The notes under the pieces are model-generated. The model saw only the letters and a list, made by a program, of their open reading frames with translations. It did no database searches and was not told where the DNA came from. Made by a program: the position numbers and the translations under genes. From positions 1 through 55,623 of the forward strand of contig JBEWZL010000114.1 in NCBI GenBank assembly GCA_045837725.1: a stretch of DNA of 55,623 bases, read 5' to 3'. The number at the start of each line of letters is the position of its first letter. Positions within the stretch are counted from its first letter, which is position 1. The stretch is from Vermamoeba vermiformis (taxonomy: Eukaryota). Shown piece by piece: positions 40,017 through 55,623 of this stretch.

Positions 40017-41912
40017 TTATTTCAATAAAGATCGTAAAAACATTGCAAAATCAACATCAGTGAATGAATACGATAAGTACTCAAACACGTGCAACCAAAT
40101 CTCGATCGGCAAAATGAACGAAACTGGTTTTGCAACAATCATTTTGATCAACAGACACGTATCTCCAATAATTTGATCTTGAGTGTCGCGATTGCTTTTG
40201 AGTTTGTCTTCCAAATGAGGGTACTCTGAAGCACCTTCAATGAACTGCAGTGTTTTGTTCGATTTGAGCAGATCCAAAATAAAATCATCAATGTCTTTGC
40301 CGTTGGTACCAGCATTGTGTAGTCCAATATCTCGTATCTTTCCAATATGCAATTCTAATAAGCTTGTATTGGTCTTCAAAGCTTCAATAAACTCCGACAT
40401 AACTTGGTAGTCAATTCTCGAAAGTTTGAAGTACAATTTTCGGATCGATTTGTTTGCTGCTAATCCTTTTGCTATAGCTCTAATTATCCTTTCGCTCAAT
40501 TCCCCACTTCTTAGCAGTACTATCTTTAGCTCTTTAAGGGAGTAATTTTTGGTCAAATACATTTGTAGTGTTAAATCCGCAGTACCTTCTAGATCGGTCC
40601 TGGTACTAAATTCCAATCGCTGTAAAGTGTTGTTTTTGCATAATTCTGAGAATAGCTCGCCATAATGCGAAAGCCGAACTGGAATCACTCTCCACGAGGT
40701 TATAGTTAAATCCGTTATCGAACTGTTGGATCCTAGTTTTAGCGATGTGAGTTTCGGAAGAAAGAAATCCATATGGCTTAAATGTAACTTCTTTATATTC
40801 TTTTTTCCTATGATAATATCTTTGAGCGGGTTCCAATCGAGTGGATTTGTACAAACTGTCAGATCTGTTATTGAAGTGTTGCTTTTTAAGTCTTCCGCAA
40901 TATTGCCTAAATTTAAAGAACTATCTAATCTTCCTTGGAGCTTCAATTTCGTTAAATAATTGGCTTTAAGAACTTTTTGAAATTCTTCGTAATGGTGATC
41001 CAAGTTTCCGTAATTCCAAAATTCTCGAATTTGATTAGATATTAATATGCCATATAGCACTGCTAATCTATTTCCTTCTAAATTCGGCTCGCCTTCAATT
41101 TTAATCGATTTGATGGATCTGTTTGTTTTTAAACCTTCCAAAAGTGCATCGAAACAAGCCGCCGACAGGTTCGCATGTGAAATCAATAATTCCTCGAATT
41201 TATAGTGCTCCATATTACTGCAAAATATTCCTAATCCTTCCATTGACACCATGCGTGTTTCATACATTATCTCCAAAACCTTGATCCGCTCGTTTACTTT
41301 CAATATTTGAGCTATCGATTGAGTCAAATTACTTTCAAAATTATAACTTGTAAGCGTTATAGTCCTAATGCTTCTATTATGCTCTGTCAAGCATCGGACA
41401 AAACCTTTCAAATCCGATCGGGGAAGGTCGGTAAGGACTATTCGCGTTATAGTTTGATTATCTTTTAGTGCTTCTAGTATATGCCTATATACTGGTTCAT
41501 AAATGTGTGAGAGTATGAGTTGAGTGAAGTTTGGATCGAATCTGAACGGTGTGTGACTTTGGAGGCAATGGGATAGTTGATTAATATTTTTAACAATAAC
41601 CTTAATAGCAATATTAATATGATATGCAGTAACTTCAGCAGATTGATCATTTTTGGATAATTAAAATAAAATATTTTATTGGCAAGCCAAGTAATTCGTT
41701 TATTTAACCCCTATGCGTCAATATAATGTATTATTATTATTTACCTTAATTTCGTCAGCTTCACTCGTTACTTTCTGAGTTTGGTTTTTAGATTCGGATT
41801 TGCTTTGCCCTTGTGCTCTGTCACCCGTTCCGTTGCGATATCTTTTATAATAAATCCATACGGAAAGCGTAATGAGCACAGTTGTAACGATAGCGCTCAG
41901 TGCCGTGTTCAT
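40017..41912 (-). CDS. RNI-like LRR protein with C-terminal F-box-like motif (paralog B; N-terminal TM anchor exon)
   Basis: Colinear with paralog A, same attaag acceptor and same LPIEIWLHVFEYL; exon 1 MNTALSAIVTTVLITLSVWIYYKRYR..EIK|gtaaat. Confidence 0.8.
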
Positions 41913-42159
41913 AAGCAATTACAATCAAGAAAGTGAAAATTTTTGGTTTTGGTCCAAAAACAAAAAAACATGTCTAAGGACCGAAGGAAATTTGACGTTT
42001 GGGTAATCTTCACCTGTCTTGCTATTATAAGAAAATTATTATCGACCAACGAAAGCACAGCAAGACTTAAACGCAGCACATCCGATATTAGTGACATCTG
42101 TCAGATCTGGGGCTACTGGCAAACAAGTCAAATTGGATGTTTATTTACAACAGAACACT

Positions 42160-45100
42160 CTATTTTCTGAGAATTTCAGCCTCAATATCTTCGAGCTTGT
42201 ATTGAGGTCGTTCCCAGTACTGAAAGTCGTTGTACTCTTCAGCAATCGGATCCGATCCAGTGCCGTTGATTGGCGGGAACATTGGATCTACAAGCTCGTT
42301 CAGCTTAATGTACGTGCGTGTGTACAAACTGCAAGCGTATGAAATTTCACTGAACTCATTGATAGTGAAAATCTTTGCTTCAGGCACTCCGACGGCAACG
42401 TACGAGATCGCATCCTGAAAAGTTCAGTTAATTCGTGTTACTTAAATGTACTAGAGCATTATAATATAATAGTTACTTACTGTAGCGCGATTTCCGAAGC
42501 CAGCGTAGAATGGTTTGGCGCCTTCAGGGAACAACGACAAAATGTCGGTCAAACAGGCGATCTTGAACTTGTGTGGCTTTCTGATAATAACCTCTCTATA
42601 GTACAATAGTATTGCGTTAGTATAATGAATTTATGAGAAATAAATGGATTTTATCTTCGCTAGTCTCGGAATTGGATCCGCGAGATCAGAGAAGATCTTA
42701 CCTATTGAGCGAAGAGAACAATCGATCAGGACTCATCAATATAGGTCCAATCGGTAGTGTTACGCCATCATGATCCAATGATCGCAAGTAATTCTTGGTA
42801 ATATCTGCCTGGCCGATTGCACGGGCTGTCAAATAGAGCATCTCGTAACCGTTGTTTTTGATGTTGTTGAAGAACTTGACGACACCTCCGTGCGACCAGT
42901 CTTTGCCAAGTTGAGGCAAAATTTGACCGAACACATCGGACCTGCAAAAATCATTCCGTCAGTAATGTGTTAAGAAAAGTTCGATCCGGATGTGGGTTCA
43001 AAATTTTTCAAAGTGTGTAATCTTACTTTGTGATTGTTCCGTCAATATCGGAGATGCAAATTTTAACGTTGCTGTCCCACAAGAAAATTGACGCTGAAAT
43101 TTCCTTGGTGCCTTGAAAACGTGAAGTGACTGAGAATGTAATCATATTTGCACCTGGCTTCAAGTTCAATTTAGCCTAATAAGGAAAACATCAGTATGAT
43201 GCATTCACATAATAGTAGTGATTATTAGTATACCAATTGATCGGAGGTAGGTTTCAAAGACCGCAAGAAAGTTTTGATCGGCGCTCCATTCTGAAAATAA
43301 AAATTTTGTTAGATCCGCTCATACATTATCTTTCATTATAAGAATTTGTATAGTATCTACCTGTCCTTTTTTGCCCCATTTGAACAAACTGCCCCAAGAA
43401 AATCGTTTCTTTTGCGGGTTGGTCGGATCGAGCAACACATCCTTCTTCTCAACACTTGGAGTCGGTACCGCTGAAGACTTGCTTGACGAAGGTTCAGTTT
43501 GAGTGTCGTACATGACATTGGCCATTGCATTCACATCAGGAGGTCTCTTAAAGGCTAAAAGGCTGATCAACATAGGGCCCGCAACTTGCCACGGGAAAAT
43601 CCTTAAAAAAAGTTAATTATTATTAGCTCGGCATATTTTTCATTTTTAATAATTTTTACTTACTTATTTTGAATTCTAAAGGCCATATTTGACTTAAATA
43701 GCATTTGTGGATTTGTAGAGAACTTCTCGTAAGAAACAATATTTTCGTTGAAGATCTGCTCCATTTTCTAAAAACCGCAAAAATAAGGATTAATATGGCA
43801 ATAATGATATATAATTAGAACTTACTGCTTCGTCTCCACCAATAGGAGGCTCAAAGATGATATTTCCGCAGTTTGAAATTTCAATTTGTAAGTCGTTGAA
43901 TTTCAAACTGGACCAATCCAATTTGCTGTCTTTTTCAGGAGACATCGAAATACCTTCTTTTTCTTCATTCTTTTCTTCCTTTTTAATATCAATACTCTCG
44001 GTTTTCTTAATATTATTGGCATTATTATCGGCAAGTTTTTCAGCGGATGCGTTGTTCTTGTCTTCGTTCAATCTTTGCAAATCTTCAGCGCTTTCCTTTC
44101 TTGGCAATGTTGGGCTAGATCGATGAGCAGTCGTAACTTTGTTAATAATACTATCTACATATCTCATCTTCTCTTCCGAAATTTCTTCCTCGAGCGGATC
44201 CACATTGTTAATATTCACATTATTGATATTAATCTTCGGATTCGACTTTGTATCAACATCTTCGGCCAGATCCGTGCCAGATCCATGAACTTCTTTATCG
44301 AACATTGTTTTCATGAATTTCGGATCCACTTTACGATCTTGAATCTTGTACTTGTCGAAGATATTAGTTGTTGAGCCACGCGCACTAGACGAAGGAGAAC
44401 CACGTGGTGTCAATTGGAGGTACTTCACGGCTGGTAAATTAGGCACTTGATTGTCACTTGACTCTTCAGGTTTCGGGTGCTGGTGCTCGATTTGGGTCTG
44501 AATTCACGTACGATAAGTTAATAATCGATAATATGAAAGAAAAAATGTTTGACACGTGTCACTTTAAAATATTTTTCACGTGTCAAATGTCCAGATAGAT
44601 TTGCACATACGTGTAATATTTCACCCTCCATATCTTCAAGCCGCTCTTTCAGTTCGTCACGCTGCTCTTCACTGACATTGCTGCTCAATTCAGCGTGCGC
44701 AGGGTGTTCACCGCTCTCGTCCAAATGACTGTGGCTCTCATCCTGACGTGACTCTGTGTCGTTAGAGATACTTTCAGCGAGATCTTTGCGCACGTGCTCT
44801 TCAGCGCTGGGCTCACGTTCTTGTTCGATGCTGGGCTCTTTGTCGCTATGCTCGATCATGGCACTGCTGTCCAATTGACTGACAGTGCTGTGGTACAACG
44901 ACGGGTTCATTGTGCTCGCGTCTAACTGCGCGCCAGAGTGTTCCTCGTCCATTTGAAACACCTCCTGTGAGTCCGACAGCATTTGGCTTTCTTGGCTTTC
45001 AGTTAACGCCTGCTACATTGCTCGGTCAAAAAAAGTCAACGGCGGAATAATTTTCATTACTTACCTGTCTATCAAGTTTTTCCATCGATGTTTTTGAGCC

Positions 45101-46677
45101 GGTCGCGTTCTTATCTTTTCGTTTAAAAATTCCGAATAATTTGAACGGATTTTTCCACGAGCCAACTTTAGGCACGTCACCAACGACAGGTGTCAATAAT
45201 TGCGCTGCAGAAGGCTGTAAAAAAAAATCAAATTAATAACTCCGAATGGTGCACCATAAATTGGATCCAATATGCTTACAGGTTCGTCTTTGAGTTGCAC
45301 TAATGTGTCCTGGCCTGGCTTGCGCTCTTCCAACTCTTGTTGAATTTGATCGTGTTGCTGTTGCATGGCGAGATAGCTCTCTTTAATATGACTCTTTTGT
45401 TCTTTCCATTCTTCCGGATCTTTTTCAATGACTGGCGTTTCTTCCTTCCTAAATATAAATCAATTAATAACCCACACTCTTAATAACCAAACACTGCTAG
45501 AACGTTTAGATGATAAAATTAGCTAATTGTTCGGATCGGCAAAAAAAAAATTGATCGTTGTTGACACGTACTTTCTCCAACCTCGCCAGCCAAATGTCCA
45601 ATTCTTTCGCTTGCTTGGTTCACCGTCGGGTGATACGCTCGGCACTTACAATATATTAGTATACTTATTCATTATTTGCGTGCGTTATCAAGGTACACTC
45701 ACTTGGTACAGCAGGTGAACTCTGACTTACTAAATTTGGCAAAAATGAAGGTTAGTTAACAATCCAGTCTATTAATTGATTAATTACGTGATATAGGCAT
45801 AGGTGCAGTGCCGTTAGTATTGTTAGAAGATTTAATCAAGTCTTCGAGCTGATCTGTCAACGGCGTGTTTTCATCGAACTCGATATCGTCGCCCAAGTCT
45901 TTTTCTTCGAAGTCTGAGTCTGGAGGGCTTCCCACGGGTGACATTTGCAAAAACGGAGGGACTTGCTCCTATGTAATTGAAATTGTAAATTCATTCAAAG
46001 TCTGATGTTCGTAAAAATAAATTTACGATTGTTCTGAAATTAAAATACAAATGACTATTAATTTAATATTATTGGGCTCGATAGGAAATTAAGCCTATTA
46101 ATTTTCCAATTTTTCGGAAGCTCCAAAAATTATTGGCCAATTTCCACCGTTCGAAATAGGTAAAATTTCAAAAAATGAACCTATATTATATAATACGAAT
46201 AGGATAAATATGATCATACCTCTGACTCGACTACAAAGTAAGCTTCACCAGCAGATCCAAGTTTCATCGTCAAACCTTCAATAACTTGGCCATTGATTGA
46301 AATAACGATCTGTTAAAGGTCATTACTTGAAATATAAGAATTGACATATTAGATTTTCTTAAAGTAAGCGAGAAATCGATGGAATTTTAATCGTTGCATC
46401 TGGCTGAATGAACTTACCGTCTTTTCCCGACTGCTAATTAATTTCAGCTTGCCAAATCTGACGTGAAATGGTGTAGAGTGAAGGGATCCATCAGGCTTAA
46501 TTTTTCATAAATTAATAGAGCTCTTCAAATAATTTTTCAAATTTATTCAATTTTCGAAATCTGGTTTTTGAGACTTACTCTACGAATAACTATTATATCA
46601 CACGCACCACTAAATGTCGCTGCGTTGACATTTAATACGGACTGAACTCCGTCAAAGAATTTTTCTACGTAGTTCAT
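42160..46677 (-). CDS. Lipin / Pah1 phosphatidate phosphatase
   Basis: [82 protein letters not shown]. Confidence 0.93.
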
Positions 46678-46968
46678 TTAACTTGATCTCGATCGGGTAA
46701 TCACTGAATTCTTGCTCTTATGCTTCCATAGTTGATGACAGGTCTGTGTGCTTTACGTTTGCTTTAAAAATTAAATTTTTCGACGTCGACTGAAGCTGCA
46801 CACATTTTTCGGGAGCATTTTTTTTGCCCGTCCCGAAATTTTATTCCAGATCCCCTCTTGATTTATTTACCTTACCGATCAAAAGGTACATGCTAATAGA
46901 GAAGTTCCCATCGCATGCTAAATTTAAAAAAGGTTTTTATTCGCGAGTTACAGTAGATCGAGAACCGA

Positions 46969-48063
46969 TTAAGCGAGTTGATCAAGCTTCTTTTCGCGCA
47001 TATTATTATTATTAAACTCAGAGGCAACGATTCCATATGCAGATTTGTTTCTTATAGTAAAGCCGCAACTCCAACCGGACGTACCGATGTAATCTTGATT
47101 TTTGGGCAGATCGACGTGATAAACGAATATTCCTTTGATGAAATTGGCTCTAGGAATAGCTGTAAATATGGCCTGAAACGTTGACGCTTGCGCAGTATTA
47201 TTTGCCTCGACTTGGCTACAGTCTTCGAAATCTAGCCACGGCGTCGCTATTGATCCGGTGTAAGAAGGCGCGCCTGTCTCTGTGAATATAACAGTCTTGT
47301 TCGATAAATTCATAGCAGCTAGTCTAGCTTGGATTCGTTTATAGAAGTACGTTGCGCGATCCGTCATCTCGTCCAAAGGCGGAGTTGTGTCAGATGTACT
47401 GTTGAGAGGGAAGTACGCGTCGATTCCAATCCAATCTAGCTCATTCCAAAATTGTATTTTACCAAATTCGATAATTAAACTCGCATATGTAACGATGCCA
47501 CTGAATTCCTGACGTACTTGAGAAATTAATTTTGACCAGCGATCTGGGTACTTTGCAGTCATTTTTGGCAGCTCTGTGGCCACAGCAATAGCAGCTACTC
47601 CATATTTCTCGGACAATCTTACGAAATGCATCAAAGTTGAGGTGTAACTTTCGAACCACATCTCGGGATCGATGGGATCGAGATTAATTCCGCCGTACAG
47701 ATCTGAGTCTCTTACGCTCATCAAAATTTTGATCATCACTTTCATTCCAGCATTAATAGCAGTATCAACACCAATTCTAAATGCTTCATCCGTCGGAGTT
47801 TTATCGTCTGAGTTGAAAACAAATGAAGAACTAGTATTGTCTTGTCGAAAATATATGTTGAATTGCAGCCATTGAGGGTTAATATCTCGTGCTATCGTTT
47901 GGATAATTTGTTGCGTCTCTGGTGAGCCCATTACGTTGCTTTTCGAAACGTGCAATACCACGCCAGAATTTTGCAAGATCTCTGCGGGCAATCCATCAAT
48001 ATTATCTACTGCCAATATTACTAGCATAAATAGCACGTAGACGTATTTAATTGGCCCCTTCAT
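46969..48063 (-). CDS. Secreted intronless GH113-like (clan GH-A TIM barrel) glycoside hydrolase
   Basis: Signal peptide; TPTDE, GMKVMIK, WFESY, ATEL (acid/base), FWNELDWIGIDAYFPL, FTETG (nucleophile). Confidence 0.75.
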   Translation of the reverse strand: MKGPIKYVYVLFMLVILAVDNIDGLPAEILQNSGVVLHVSKSNVMGSPETQQIIQTIARDINPQWLQFNIYFRQDNTSSSFVFNSDDKTPTDEAFRIGVDTAINAGMKVMIKILMSVRDSDLYGGINLDPIDPEMWFESYTSTLMHFVRLSEKYGVAAIAVATELPKMTAKYPDRWSKLISQVRQEFSGIVTYASLIIEFGKIQFWNELDWIGIDAYFPLNSTSDTTPPLDEMTDRATYFYKRIQARLAAMNLSNKTVIFTETGAPSYTGSIATPWLDFEDCSQVEANNTAQASTFQAIFTAIPRANFIKGIFVYHVDLPKNQDYIGTSGWSCGFTIRNKSAYGIVASEFNNNNMREKKLDQLA

Positions 48064-48400
48064 GTTATTTTACTTGCTAAGCTAGTTAATTGTCAGTTCC
48101 TTGCAGATTCTTGTTACGTAAACAGCGTTTAGATTGTTTTAAATTTAAAATTTTCTATAACTGGTTTATAAATCTTTCCAATTTCTTTTTCCGTTTGAAA
48201 AATGGACAGAAAAATCGGATTTACGAAAGCTGCTAATGCCCATGATGGCGAGAACTAACCTGATTCGCTGAATACGTTAATTTGGACCTGCAGTGGCATG
48301 TGGTCGCGCGTTTGAAAAAATAAAATTAGTTTTTGTTCTTTCATCAATTCAATGACCGAAGATACCAACTGTGATCAACAATTTAAAATCTTTAAATTAA

Positions 48401-50568
48401 ATGGAAAGATCAACGTCTAACGAGCCCTTAAATGGAGGTAATCTCTCGCATCCAACAAAAATTAGAATTCTACTAACGTAATGATTAGCGCTCAATTTGT
48501 TATTAATTATTCAAGTGATATTTAATATTAAATTAATGTCATTTTAATTAAATTCAAATTCGATTTTTAGACGGCGAAGCGTTTCTGGATCTTAACGGCT
48601 ACTCGCAAACTCCTTACGAGCAAATGCTGGGCGAAACTTCCTATCCAATGGAATATAGAGGTGTATCCCCTATGATAGCTATGTCCAGCAATTTTCATTA
48701 TCCAACACGAAAAGAACAAACAGCAGATCCAACGGATTCAAAACCAAAACAGAACTTCTATTACTCCAGGCATCATAATCCAAACTTCTCCTTATTAGAA
48801 CAACAAATTCAAATATTACACGGCGGTTCCCGAGCTTTAGTTTTCCCTACTGGCATGGGAGCTGCATCCAGCGTCCTGATCTCGCTTTCTCGCAAAGATA
48901 GTACCATCGTGTATAGCGATGAGTTATATCATGACGTACCTGATCTATTAGAAGAGATGCACAACAATTTTGGTTGGAAATCTTACGCGGTTGACATCTG
49001 CAACACGAAACAAGTCGTTGAAAAAGTTAAAGAGGTACGATCTTAAAAACCAATATAATATCATACCTCGGGTTACTGGTGCAATATTAATATTATATAA
49101 CAAGGTCGATGCTAGAATTCTGTTTTTGGAGACTTGTTCAAATCCGAGCAACAAAGTGCCTAGTTTGAAGAAATTAGTCGAACAAGTACGAGAAGTGGCT
49201 CCCAAGTGTATTATAGTAGTAGATAATACGTTTATGAGTCCAGTTCTGTTCAGACCACTCGACTACGGAGTCGACATTGTTATCGAATCCGCTACAAAGT
49301 ACTTGAGCGGTAAAGGAGACGTTTTGCTAGGCGTAGCTGTTCTTAGAAAAAGCAAAGGTAATATATTCATGCTTATTATGTTATCAGACACCCTTTTGAA
49401 GGATTTTAGAATTTAGTTCAACGGATCTGACCCTATTTTTAGAGCCTAACGGAGTTCTGGATAATGCACTAGCTAATATCGGAGAATCTTTATATAGATG
49501 GCGATTACTATCAGGCTGCGCTCCATCACCAATGAACTGCTGGCTCGTGAGCAAGGGTCTCGAAACATTAGGCATTAGAATGCCGCACGTGTCAGCTACA
49601 GCCATGGAAGTAGCCTTGGCACTAGAAAAGAGTAAGTAATATAACAGAAATAAGTTTATATAGGCATTCAGTGAACTGTCTTCGCTTTTGAAATCATTTT
49701 TGGTACAACAGGTCATTTTAAACTTGAATTTTTGTTTAGAACTCATCTAATTGCACTGTAGCGAGATTATTTTATGATTTTTTGACTGAAATTTTGCATA
49801 GTACGGCCTTTAAACGAAAAACTTTTCTGTATGACCCTGTCATAATCTACGAACTTTTTATTTACTGGTTGACCTAATTTTTTAATCCTTACAGTTCCGT
49901 GCGTATCACGGGTGCTCTATTGTGGCTTGCCGTCACATCCCTCGCACAAAAGAGCGAAGAAATTGTTCGGTGACAAGTTCTCAGGCATCATTCGGTTCCA
50001 CATTCCAGGCAACTCAATCATCGTTGGTCAATTGCAACAAGACTCGGGATTGGTGGCAGCTGTTTCGCTCGGCGAGTCACATACATTATTGCCTCCGTCG
50101 CAACAAGGACACATTGCCGTGTTTCCCGGCGATGACAAAAAGTACCCGGTCATGAGCGGTTTTTGGTTCCGAATTGCTATTGGATTAGAATCAGCCAAGG
50201 ATATTAAGCAGCATTTATTATACGCATTTGCAGCACAAAAAGAATTATGCGTAGAATTAGGCGTCGTAAAGAAAATCAACGAGAAAAAACAAAAATTGGA
50301 GATTAAAATTACCGACAAAGAGCTGCTAAGTGATTGGAAGAAGAATATTAATAATAAGATGGTATTTATAGTCGTTAAGGAGATTAAGAAGATATTTTTT
50401 GTTTCACTGAAAGACACCAGCCCGAAAGACTCGTCATTGAGCTTGAAAATTCCTTGGACTGCACAAGACCCTATTAAAGACCATATCAAGCCTGATACGC
50501 AGCTATTCACTTTCAAGCATTGGTTGCCACTCGCACGAGAGTGCCAAAAGATTGTAGAATCAAAATAA
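48401..50568 (+). CDS. PLP-dependent cystathionine gamma-synthase/lyase family enzyme with C-terminal extension
   Basis: YSRHHNP, ALVFPTGMGA, ETCSNP, VVDNTF, ESATKYLSG (PLP Lys), YCGLPSHPSH, SLG, RIAIGLE. Confidence 0.88.
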
Positions 50569-50605
50569 ATTCGGACGATCTTGAAAAGTTGAATATTTTA
50601 ACAAA

Positions 50606-51516
50606 ATGGCCGGAACAACACAAGACACCATTATAAATTTAATATCCTTATTTGCAACACTCACTTCTGTTGCATTTATCGCGGTCGTCGTGCCACCAAC
50701 AACGCTGTTTTTCTGGCATCCATTCGCCCTGTCTTTCGCTTATGGCCTGATCAGCATTCAAGGCATATTAATTGCCTATTCAAGAAGCAGTGTATTAGAC
50801 ATATTATTTGAAATCGTAATTTCGAAGAAGAGAGCGAGATTCTTCACGCACATGTTGATCCAATACAGCAGCGGTTTGTTAATGATTATTGGATTCGGTG
50901 GTAAGTATTATAAAAATATTTTCCTATAATTATTATGATTTTTTGCCGCATATTCAGACTGATTGCCGCATTAAGATATTTTAAAAAGATTTTTTTGGTT
51001 TTAAATTTCCTATTGATTTGGCACGCTTTATTGGCGTTAATTATGTTTGTATTGCTATTATTGATACAGTATTAATTTTTTTATTATTTTAGTCATCCTT
51101 ATCGACAAATTACTGCGAAACAAGGATCACTTCAGAAGTTACCACGCGATCAGCGGTTTAATCGCCCTTATCTTGAACTCATTGCAGCTTGGCTTGGGCT
51201 CCTATATTTATTTTAATAGAAAAGAAATCAAGCAATACGGTGGATTTTACCGCTCGTTCCACAGACTTCTCGCTATTTTAATGTACGTTCCGGATCTCCC
51301 GTTAAATCATTAGTGCAAACCATTCTTGATATCATTATTCTAATACTTTATTATAGGACATTTTTCTCGCTTACAGCGTTAATTTTTGGCTTGTACTCGA
51401 AATTCATGAAAGATAATCACGAGGAATGGCAATTACACGCTATTGCATTGAGCTACATTGTACTATTTATTACCATATTATTTAGTGGTCGTAATGATAC
51501 TACTAAAGAAAAATAA
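50606..51516 (+). CDS. Cytochrome b561 family membrane protein
   Basis: About six hydrophobic helices with His at WHP, THMLIQ, HFRSYH and FHRLL; three exons. Confidence 0.75.
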
Positions 51517-51678
51517 AACGACCCTATGCTTTTACAGTACAAAATTTTCTCGATCGCATCCGGATCTCCTCCATTTTTTTAATTTGCATGCCTCTTTCTT
51601 GTCGATTTTAGCATTTGCGTATCATATTATACTGTTATTGATGATAATACCATTCAAAATATAATATAGCAAGGTCTT

Positions 51679-53718
<2,040 letters not shown>

Positions 53719-53898
53719 CCGCACTCTTTCAGCAATCCTTTAAGCTCTAACGATAGTTGATATTAAATGGCCACTGTACCGCTAATAGCTTTTATTATGT
53801 TCGTGGAGTTCGATCGTGCTCGTGGTTCAGTGAACGAAAAAATAAATTTTAATCTCCGGCACAAAGACTCATTTTATATTATAAAGCACCACAAAGCC

Positions 53899-55623
53899 AT
53901 GGAAAAATCGGTAAGTAAATAACAATTTATTTTATTACCGCCGATTCTAACGTGAATCGCTAAAACCGTTACTTGAGGAACAGATTTGTTCCTCAATCAG
54001 AATATTCGATGGAGCGATTACCTTTTCGTACATAAAATTAAGCATAATATTCTAAATTTAATTAAAATTTTATAATTAATTGCTTTTTGATAGAGCAATG
54101 CAACCGACGATATTTTGGAATTCATAATTGTTCCCTATTGTCCGCTAGACTTCTTAGGCGTTTCCAAAAAATGGCGAACTGTAGCTAAGCAACATGAAGT
54201 ACGCGATTTGCGATTAAACAAAAATTTGGTACAAAACGCTATCGTATCTGCTTGCAAGTTTGGCAATCTTGCAACGGTGAAGGCATACTTGACGCACAAA
54301 ACTGCTTCACCGACTACTAATGACCTAGAAGCACTATGTACTGCAATTTATTATCACAAAAACGAAGTTGCAAAGCACATCTTGGAAACTTACAAAGTGG
54401 ATCCGAACAGAAGACACATGCCTACAAAAAAACGATCTGAACTTCGTAGTATGCGTTATGGTAGTCCTATTGAAACTGCTATAACCTCGCATAATCGCGA
54501 AATGATCGATTTTTTTTGTGCACAAAAATCACATCCAACGTGGGCTGGCTACGTCTTTTTATCAGCGATTCATCACGACAAAAATCTCGCAAATGATATG
54601 CTAGACTGCAAAGATAAATTCAATCTGCAAATGGACGGAAGTTTCTTGGCAGCAGCTATTCACGACCGACCACTTTTTGAACGATTGCTGAAGTTCCCCG
54701 AAATGACGTTAGATGCAGCATGGTCCTATATTCAATCATATCACTATAATGTCTCAGAATCGTGGCCATTCATGTTGTTATTGGACGACCCGAGATTTGA
54801 ACTTACGGATGAGGCCATTAAATTTTGTATGGGCAAATGCAAGGACGTGGAAGACTTCAAAAAAATCATGGCCAAAAAAGGAAATGATATTCACCCTACT
54901 GCCGAGATTTTAGATCGCGCTATTGACGAGAACAATCTGCCCTTCGTTCAATTTTTGTTGGAGACCCCTGGATGGGCCAAATCCACGCAACGCGGATTTT
55001 CGACCGCTGCTTATCGTGGAAGATTAGATATTATCGAGTTATTACTAGCACATGGTGTCCAGAACGAAAATAATTGCAAAGAAGCGTTGTCTAGTTTGGC
55101 GTACAGTGGCCAGCACCCTGAAATTATTGCAAAGTTAATGACACTCGTAACCGATTTTCGGATCCACGATAATGCAATGCAAGCACTAGACTCCAAGAAC
55201 GACGACGTGGCACTAGTATTCTTGCAACATCCTAAAGCAGATCTCGCTACACAAGACCAGATCTACCTCCGTCGCGCGTGCGAACATGGCTTGCCTAAAA
55301 CAGTGAAATTTCTGCTCGGTCAACAAAAAGTCAACCCAACTGTCCAAGACAGCGTCACGTTGAGATCAGCAGCACTGAACGGTCACGTGGAGGTCGTCAA
55401 ATTGTTGATGGAAGATGGTCGGGTGGATCCGGCAGCGAAGGCCAATCACGCGATTCAATGTGCAGCATTGGGAGATAAGATTGAAATTGTTCAAATGTTA
55501 TTGGCTGATGAGCGCGTCAATCCTTCAGTGAACAATAATTATGCGTACATGAAGGCCAAAAGTCAAGCTGTCAAAGATCTGCTCAAGAAAGATGACCGTG
55601 TCGCTAGCAAATTGCCTAAATGA
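53899..55623 (+). CDS. Ankyrin-repeat protein with degenerate N-terminal F-box-like motif
   Basis: MEKS|SNATDDILEFII..VSKKWR; ankyrin units ACEHG, AALNGHVEVVKLLMEDGRVDP; stop at 55623. Confidence 0.82.

Noticed and set aside
24298-41912. LRR paralogs as LTRs or direct repeats of one larger element
   Set aside because: They are diverged protein-coding paralogs lying outside the CACTA TIRs; no retroelement genes are present.
53899-55623. Giant-virus insertion suggested by ankyrin/F-box genes
   Set aside because: No viral hallmark genes; these genes have spliceosomal introns and sit among normal host genes.

Overview
Gene-dense, AT-rich, intron-rich eukaryotic DNA, most likely from an amoebozoan protist (inferred from a Sib-like adhesin and the gene content). 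Host genes: zf-PARP/PADR1 protein, Sib/integrin-beta-like adhesin, NDR-like kinase, PH-ArfGAP, cofilin, ULK-like kinase, several F-box-like proteins (two LRR paralogs, one Cys-rich, one ankyrin), kelch-EGF surface protein, broken NmrA-like gene, lipin, GH113-like hydrolase, transsulfuration enzyme, cytochrome b561 and class-III aminotransferase. The highlight is an apparently intact 10.4-kb CACTA/CMC DNA transposon (29428-39836; CACTAGAG termini, TA flanks). It carries a divergent orphan ORF and a spliced DDE transposase. The inferred 3.9-kb first intron of that transposase holds (i) a spliced ~887-aa fusion of a USP/C19 deubiquitinase to a piggyBac-type transposase with both catalytic sets retained and (ii) two tandem copies of a ~130-nt multi-stem RNA fold with compensatory base changes. 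All gene models and family calls were made by eye from motifs and GT-AG phase logic; no database search was run.
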